A stretch of 64,000 bases of DNA, from the NCBI GenBank assembly GCA_907165135.1, contig OU015567.1:15624001-15688000 (forward strand), written 5' to 3'. Of the stretch, positions 58,901-64,000 are shown one piece after another. Position numbers and translations under genes: made by a program. This DNA is from Oikopleura dioica. Taxonomy: Eukaryota > Animalia > Chordata. The first letter of the stretch is position 1. The number at the start of each line of letters is the position of its first letter. Below the pieces are notes generated by a model. It searched no databases. It was given only the letters and a program-made list of their open reading frames with translations, and was not told where the DNA came from.

Positions 58901-60672
58901 GCATTAATTCCAGCACTCGTTACGATAAACAATTATCTTGGCGAGTCATATGCCGCGCCCCCAGTGGCCGGAGCTTTCACGAAACTTACGCCAGCCAATT
59001 AATTCCGAATCGTATCGCGAAAGATACGCTTTTTGAACTAGAAATTTAATTATAAGTTTACTACTAAAATCTGCTAAGGAGCAAATAAAAAAAAAGTTTT
59101 CATAAAATTATTGTAAAAATTAAAATAAACGTTCAAATTCATGAATGTTCAACATAAACTAATTCTCGTAAATTCCGACTCAAAATTAATACCGAGCGCT
59201 AAAAAAAGGAAAAAGCTCGCTAAAAAGGGAGAAAACTGTAATTGATCCTGAGCAGTGGCTTAGTCAAGGACCCGCGTGGAGATTCCCTTTCACCGCTAAA
59301 TTGTTAGCTCCTGGAATTTTTATTTCTAATCGTATTTTTTCAAAACACGGAGAATTTTCTTGTCACGAGAGAAAGTCTGATTCATCCCTTATTTTTTGCA
59401 AGCCAAGAGATAGACCTTTTTTTAATTACTATTTTAGTTGCATTTTTTCGCAAATTAATTAAAATTTAAAAAAAGAAAATCATGAAATCTCATTTTTTTA
59501 AGGATTCTAAGGGCCTTTTCCATATCATATATTTTTTTCTTATCATTTTAAAGATTAATTTATAAAAAATAAGTTCCAAAATAAATTTGCGAGAGCGATC
59601 AGGTGGCGCGCGAGAGCTTGAACAGAGAGAAATGGCTTCGTATAAATAGAATATTTTTATTAAATAAATATAACTTAAAACACAAAATTCGGCTTCTTTA
59701 AAATGTGGACACCCTTAAATAATCGTCGAAAAAGTCGACTTCCGTCGAAAACATAAAATGTCGAAATCAGTTCGAGTTGGAATTTCATCATTGTATTTTC
59801 TTTTCGCTTCGCCAATTTGAATTATTGTTGTTCTGTCATTGCTTTTTCGGAACAGGGAAAAAGCTGTCCCGCTCTTCCCTCAGCAAATCGAGCTTACAAA
59901 TTTTCGCTTCTTTTTGCAAATTCTCTCTGTTGTCGAAACAATCTCGCAGTTAAAATATTTTTCTGAAGAACATAATTTTCAATTCCTCAAAAGCAGAATA
60001 ATTTTCTCAAATTAAGTCTCAAGAAAAATAAAAAAATATCTAAAAAGTAGATCTTCAAAACACGTGAATCAAAAAACAGTCCCTAAAGCAAGATGATCTC
60101 TTAATTATTGATGAGAATAAGGGTGTCACTATATAATCTCTTTGAGAAAACGAGCTTTATTCTTATTCCCATAAAAATTTTTTGACAAAATAGTAATTTT
60201 TACAAGGTTTTCTACGAGAATTATAGACAAAAGTTTCAATTCTAGTCTTCTTAAATAAGGGTAAACCCATGCTTATATAATAGACAATATCTTTTTGGAT
60301 GCGTATCGAAGTATGGACAAAATAAGGGTTCAATCAATTTATGAAAGTGATTTTATGGATCAGGGTTCTGATTGGCAGGTAGCCCAAATACAGCAATCTT
60401 ATTGGTTATCAAAAAATTCACTTCTATAAATTGGTTAAGTCCCAAAATAATGCCTGTTTAAATTTAAAAAATGAAAAAAAATATTTTTAGACAAAAAAAT
60501 ATTTTTAGACAAAAAAATATTTTTCTTGTGATAAATTCAATAAAAAAGAATTAAAAAAGCTCACTCCATAGATATCGAATTGAAGCTTCACTTCCTTCAA
60601 AATATCTTTGAAGAAAATGATTTTTCAACAATTTCAACTTAATTTTTTCGTTGTTTTCACATTTGGCTTCAG

Positions 60673-61540
60673 ATAAACGACCCGAGATTGTCGTTATCTC
60701 CTCACAGCCCGATAAGGATACTTCGTCGATTCCAGATTCCTTTGTCTCGTCAAGCGTAGTCAACGGGAAATTCGACAAAGCTGGCAGCCGAGGTTCAGTG
60801 TCTGAAGAAGATTCCGGTGTTGGTTCCTGCCGAGATACCTCCAATCAATCTGACGCTGCTGATCAGACTGACACTTCCAGCCAGTCAGAAGACACCGTTT
60901 CTACCAAGCTTCGAAGGTTCATTACACTCATTTTTAGTCGAAAGCAATTTTTGTTTTCGAGATTGACCGATAGACACTGAGTCTGTCTGGTAGACAGTTG
61001 GAATTTAAAATTTAGCCAAAAATAATTTTTGATCAATTTTTCGCTCAAAAAATACATGAAAATTGACAAAATTGCGAAAAGACAGACGAATGTCTACCAG
61101 ACTAAGTCTGTCAGACACTAGACTGTCTATAAGACTTATTTATCTTATTATGCGTCAAAAAACGTTTTACCAAATTGCGTAATCTGTAAATATGTTTGAA
61201 TTGGCTCCATTGTCTACCAGACAGTTACTTGTCTATCAGACAGTGTCTTGCAGACACAACCTAAATTTCATAAAAAATGAAAAAAAGATGTGTGCTCTTA
61301 ATTTATCTAAAATGGTCTGCTAATTTATCATAATTGTCTGCTAGACAGATTGAATCGTCTACCAACAACCATAAAAAGATCATTTTTGAAACGAAAAAAT
61401 TCAGAAGCGATTCGACTTTGTCGACGATGAGCGCAATTTTGCCGACGAAAGAAAAAGAGTTGGATTTGACCGCTGAAATCGCCGCCGAGCTGGAGCAAAT
61501 GAATGGATTCTCTCTTGAAGAAACGGGATCAAATGTGTGA
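60673..61540 (+). CDS. Last two exons (60673-60916, 61405-61540) of a Ser-rich protein
   Basis: cag|ATAAACG..CGAAG|gttc and cag|A AGC GAT join in phase 2: ..SEEDSGVGSCRDTSNQSD..TKLRR|SDSTLSTMSAILPTKEKELDLTAEIAAELEQMNGFSLEETGSNV*. Confidence 0.55.
60950..61345. repeat. Intronic repeat rich in GTCT(G/A)/AGACAG motifs (probable MITE)
   Basis: Recurring gtctgtc, gtctaccagac and tagacag motifs in both orientations. Confidence 0.55.
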
Positions 61541-62772
61541 TTTTAGGCCACACTACCTGGGACGTGTTTGCCTCACTCTTCCTTTTTTCATTTTTCAAAA
61601 ATGGGAAAATCGAAGTTCTAGTGGGAAAATCAGCTGTTTTTCTTTGTCAGAGGATCTATTTTTCCCGCCGGCGGGTGGCGCTGTTCCGCCGCTTCGCCGG
61701 GCCAATCAGAAACGCGCGTGCTTTCATTTTCTGATTAGGCAAGGCAATTTAGATTGACGTAATCTCAACAGAGACAATCTGAGTTACAAGAGTAGATCTG
61801 GATTATCCGCTGGGGTTATCACTTCCTAAACACGGGTCCTCACATTGTCGCGCGTGTTTTCAAAGCAGTGTAATTCCAGCTTGATTTTCGGATAATCCAC
61901 CTGCTTCTACAACGAAAAATCAACTCGAAAATTAAGTAATTGCAGATTTTTGTTACATCGTTTTTGCTACTTTGTAACACTTAAATCTCTCTCACTTTCT
62001 TTTCAAAAAGCGAAATCGGCCCTTAACCCCCTGGCCCGGGCTTGGGGTCAAAAAAGACTCAATCGCGGCTGATCCCCACTTTTGAATCTTGATTTTCTCG
62101 CTCTCGTTGTTGAAGAAAAAACACAGCTTTTCGGAACTCTAGAATTTCAACCCTTCTCTTTTGGATCAAAAAATGGATCGAATTTGGCAGCACATGACTG
62201 TAACTGAACTACAGAGTCCCGAACTGTGTGCAACCACCCCCGCGCGCTACCTAGCCAAATCGACCCCGAAACTTGGTCGATCTGTCGCTAATTAGCGCGT
62301 TTGATTTGGGGTCGGGCTTCGGATCCCTTCCTGCTCTCAAGATCACCTCCTCCAGCTTTCACCTGAAGCGTCACCATTGACGGTAAGTCTTATTTTCTTC
62401 TATATCTTATTCAATTATTCATTAAAACCGACGATAAAATAACACTTCTTTTCTTAGTCTTTGGCCACCCTGGATCTGGTCTCTTGTTTGCCTTTGTCGC
62501 AAATCAAAATTAACCAATCAAAATCTTTCATTTCATTTTTTGGCCAATCTGCTTCAATCAGCGAAATTTTGAAAAATTGGATCATTTTAACACTTTTCCC
62601 TTTTTTCATCAAAAAATTTTTGAAGCAACATTTTTTTTTTGCTCTGAAATTTGACTCAAATTTTGAGTTTCACGAAGAGTCGAAAGAAAATTTCCCCAAA
62701 AGCGACATTTTTAGGAACGATATCCGGGCTCGGCGCTTTGCGCCAGCGCGAGCTTTTTTTGATCCCTTTTAG

Positions 62773-63384
62773 CCTCAAATAGGACGGTCCTAGACCTCGA
62801 CCTGCCCAACCGAGGAGAGACTGATGCCAAGAAGAAGCGCAAACGACGAAAGCACCGAAAGGTCACCAAAGGTAAGCATTTTTGTTTTGTTTGGAGGATT
62901 GTTTGAGTTTTGTTTGAAACTTGTTTCATGTTGTTTCAACCTTGTTTTGGTTGTTTTAAATTTGTTTTGAACATGTTTCTTGTTGTTTTTGACAATTTAT
63001 GGAGCCTCAAATTTGTTTGAAACATGTATGAATACTGTTTCAACAGTTTGTTTCAAACTGTTTTGAGTAGTTTTAATCAAGTTTTTATTCAATTTCGGGC
63101 TTTCAAACTTGTTTCAAGCATATAAAAGCTTGTTTGAAACAAGTTTATTGCCGTTTGAAATTATTGTTTTTCATAAAAACTTGTTTTAAACATGTTTAAA
63201 GCTTGTTTGAGTCTGTTTAGAGCTTCTTAAGAATCAAAACCGTTGTTTGAATAATCCAAAACAAGATTTGTCGCACACAACTTTTGTTTGAAACCTGTTT
63301 TCAACAACACATTCTAAGATAAACAACTAACATTTGTTTTTAGCAACATCGGAAACTGAGAACGACGAAGTGAAGGAGTTTTAG
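62773..63384 (+). CDS. Last two exons (62773-62871, 63344-63384) of a basic protein with an NLS-like KKKRKRRKHRK
   Basis: tttag|..CAAAG|gtaag and tttag|CA ACA..TAG are phase-1 compatible. 5' exons are unresolved. Confidence 0.5.
62880..63330. repeat. Intronic GTTTGAAAC/GTTTCAAAC-rich repeat
   Basis: Many imperfect palindromic ttgtttgaaac(a/t)tgttt units. Confidence 0.55.
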
Positions 63385-64000
63385 ACGAGTTCATTTCTGC
63401 ACACATTCCCCAAATTATCTCTAATGCCTTCTAAACTGATATAATTCCCTTTCGACTAAGGTTCCCCTAGGGTTATTTCGTAAAGTTTAATGGCTGTAAA
63501 TAGCACGCTTTCCCAATAATTGTGAATAGATAAAAAAAACACCACCCGTGTGGACTTTGAACTCGTCTCGACGCTTTTCTGAGCTTTCTCTTTTTTTCCA
63601 TGCTCGGTTTTTCGCCCTCCCCACCCTTAATTTTCAACCCGAAATTTCGACCAATCAAAAAATAGTTCAAAAAACCCGGAAACCCAAGAAAATCGAGCAT
63701 GGAAAAGGAGCTAGCTTTCAAAAAGCCGGAAAACGAGAAAAAAAGGCTTTTTTGGACTCCTAACCAATCAAAACTGCGAAAAAACGAAGATGGAAAAATC
63801 CTCCTCTTTCAATTTTCACGTGATCAGATGCTGTACATGTTGTTTGAAAAAACTTGTTGCCTAGTTTTACACTCGTTTGCTTGGTTTTTGAGATTTGCTT
63901 AAGGGTATCTCTTTCTAACCGAAAAAAACGCAGTTATTTTACTTTTCCTCTGTACATACCTTAAAACTCGTCAATTTAAAATTTCGTTTTCAAAAATTGA

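Overview
Eukaryotic, AT-rich, compact-genome DNA. It has very short introns (about 40-70 nt), many GA-AG non-canonical introns, dense short DNA-transposon derivatives (MITEs), and a Cys-rich/kelch-propeller gene type. My inference is a larvacean tunicate such as Oikopleura dioica. Well-supported genes: an S100-like EF-hand gene (4728-5225), a NUDT16-like Nudix hydrolase (55219-55993, minus), a secreted Cys-rich/kelch-like gene (32981-34823), and a six-member local family sharing a C-terminal domain of about 115 aa that I do not recognise ('domain X'). Three members are kinase + coiled coil + X (13382-15274, 40574-42433, 50672-52766 minus). Three lack the kinase (25750-27195, 28922-29859, 30200-31163). 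Main observations: (1) all ten confidently placed GA-AG introns in this family carry a terminal stem in one fixed register (intron nt k pairs with nt k+4 from the 3' end), with different sequences at paralogous sites, while the GT-AG introns I checked lack it; (2) two different hAT-type MITEs sit inside coding exons with the same geometry, so each could be spliced out as a G(A/G)-AG intron leaving exactly one extra codon; (3) domain X exons look hypervariable while the neighbouring introns are nearly identical. All gene models were spliced and translated by hand, and no database search was run. No rRNA, tRNA, CRISPR array or intact transposase was seen.
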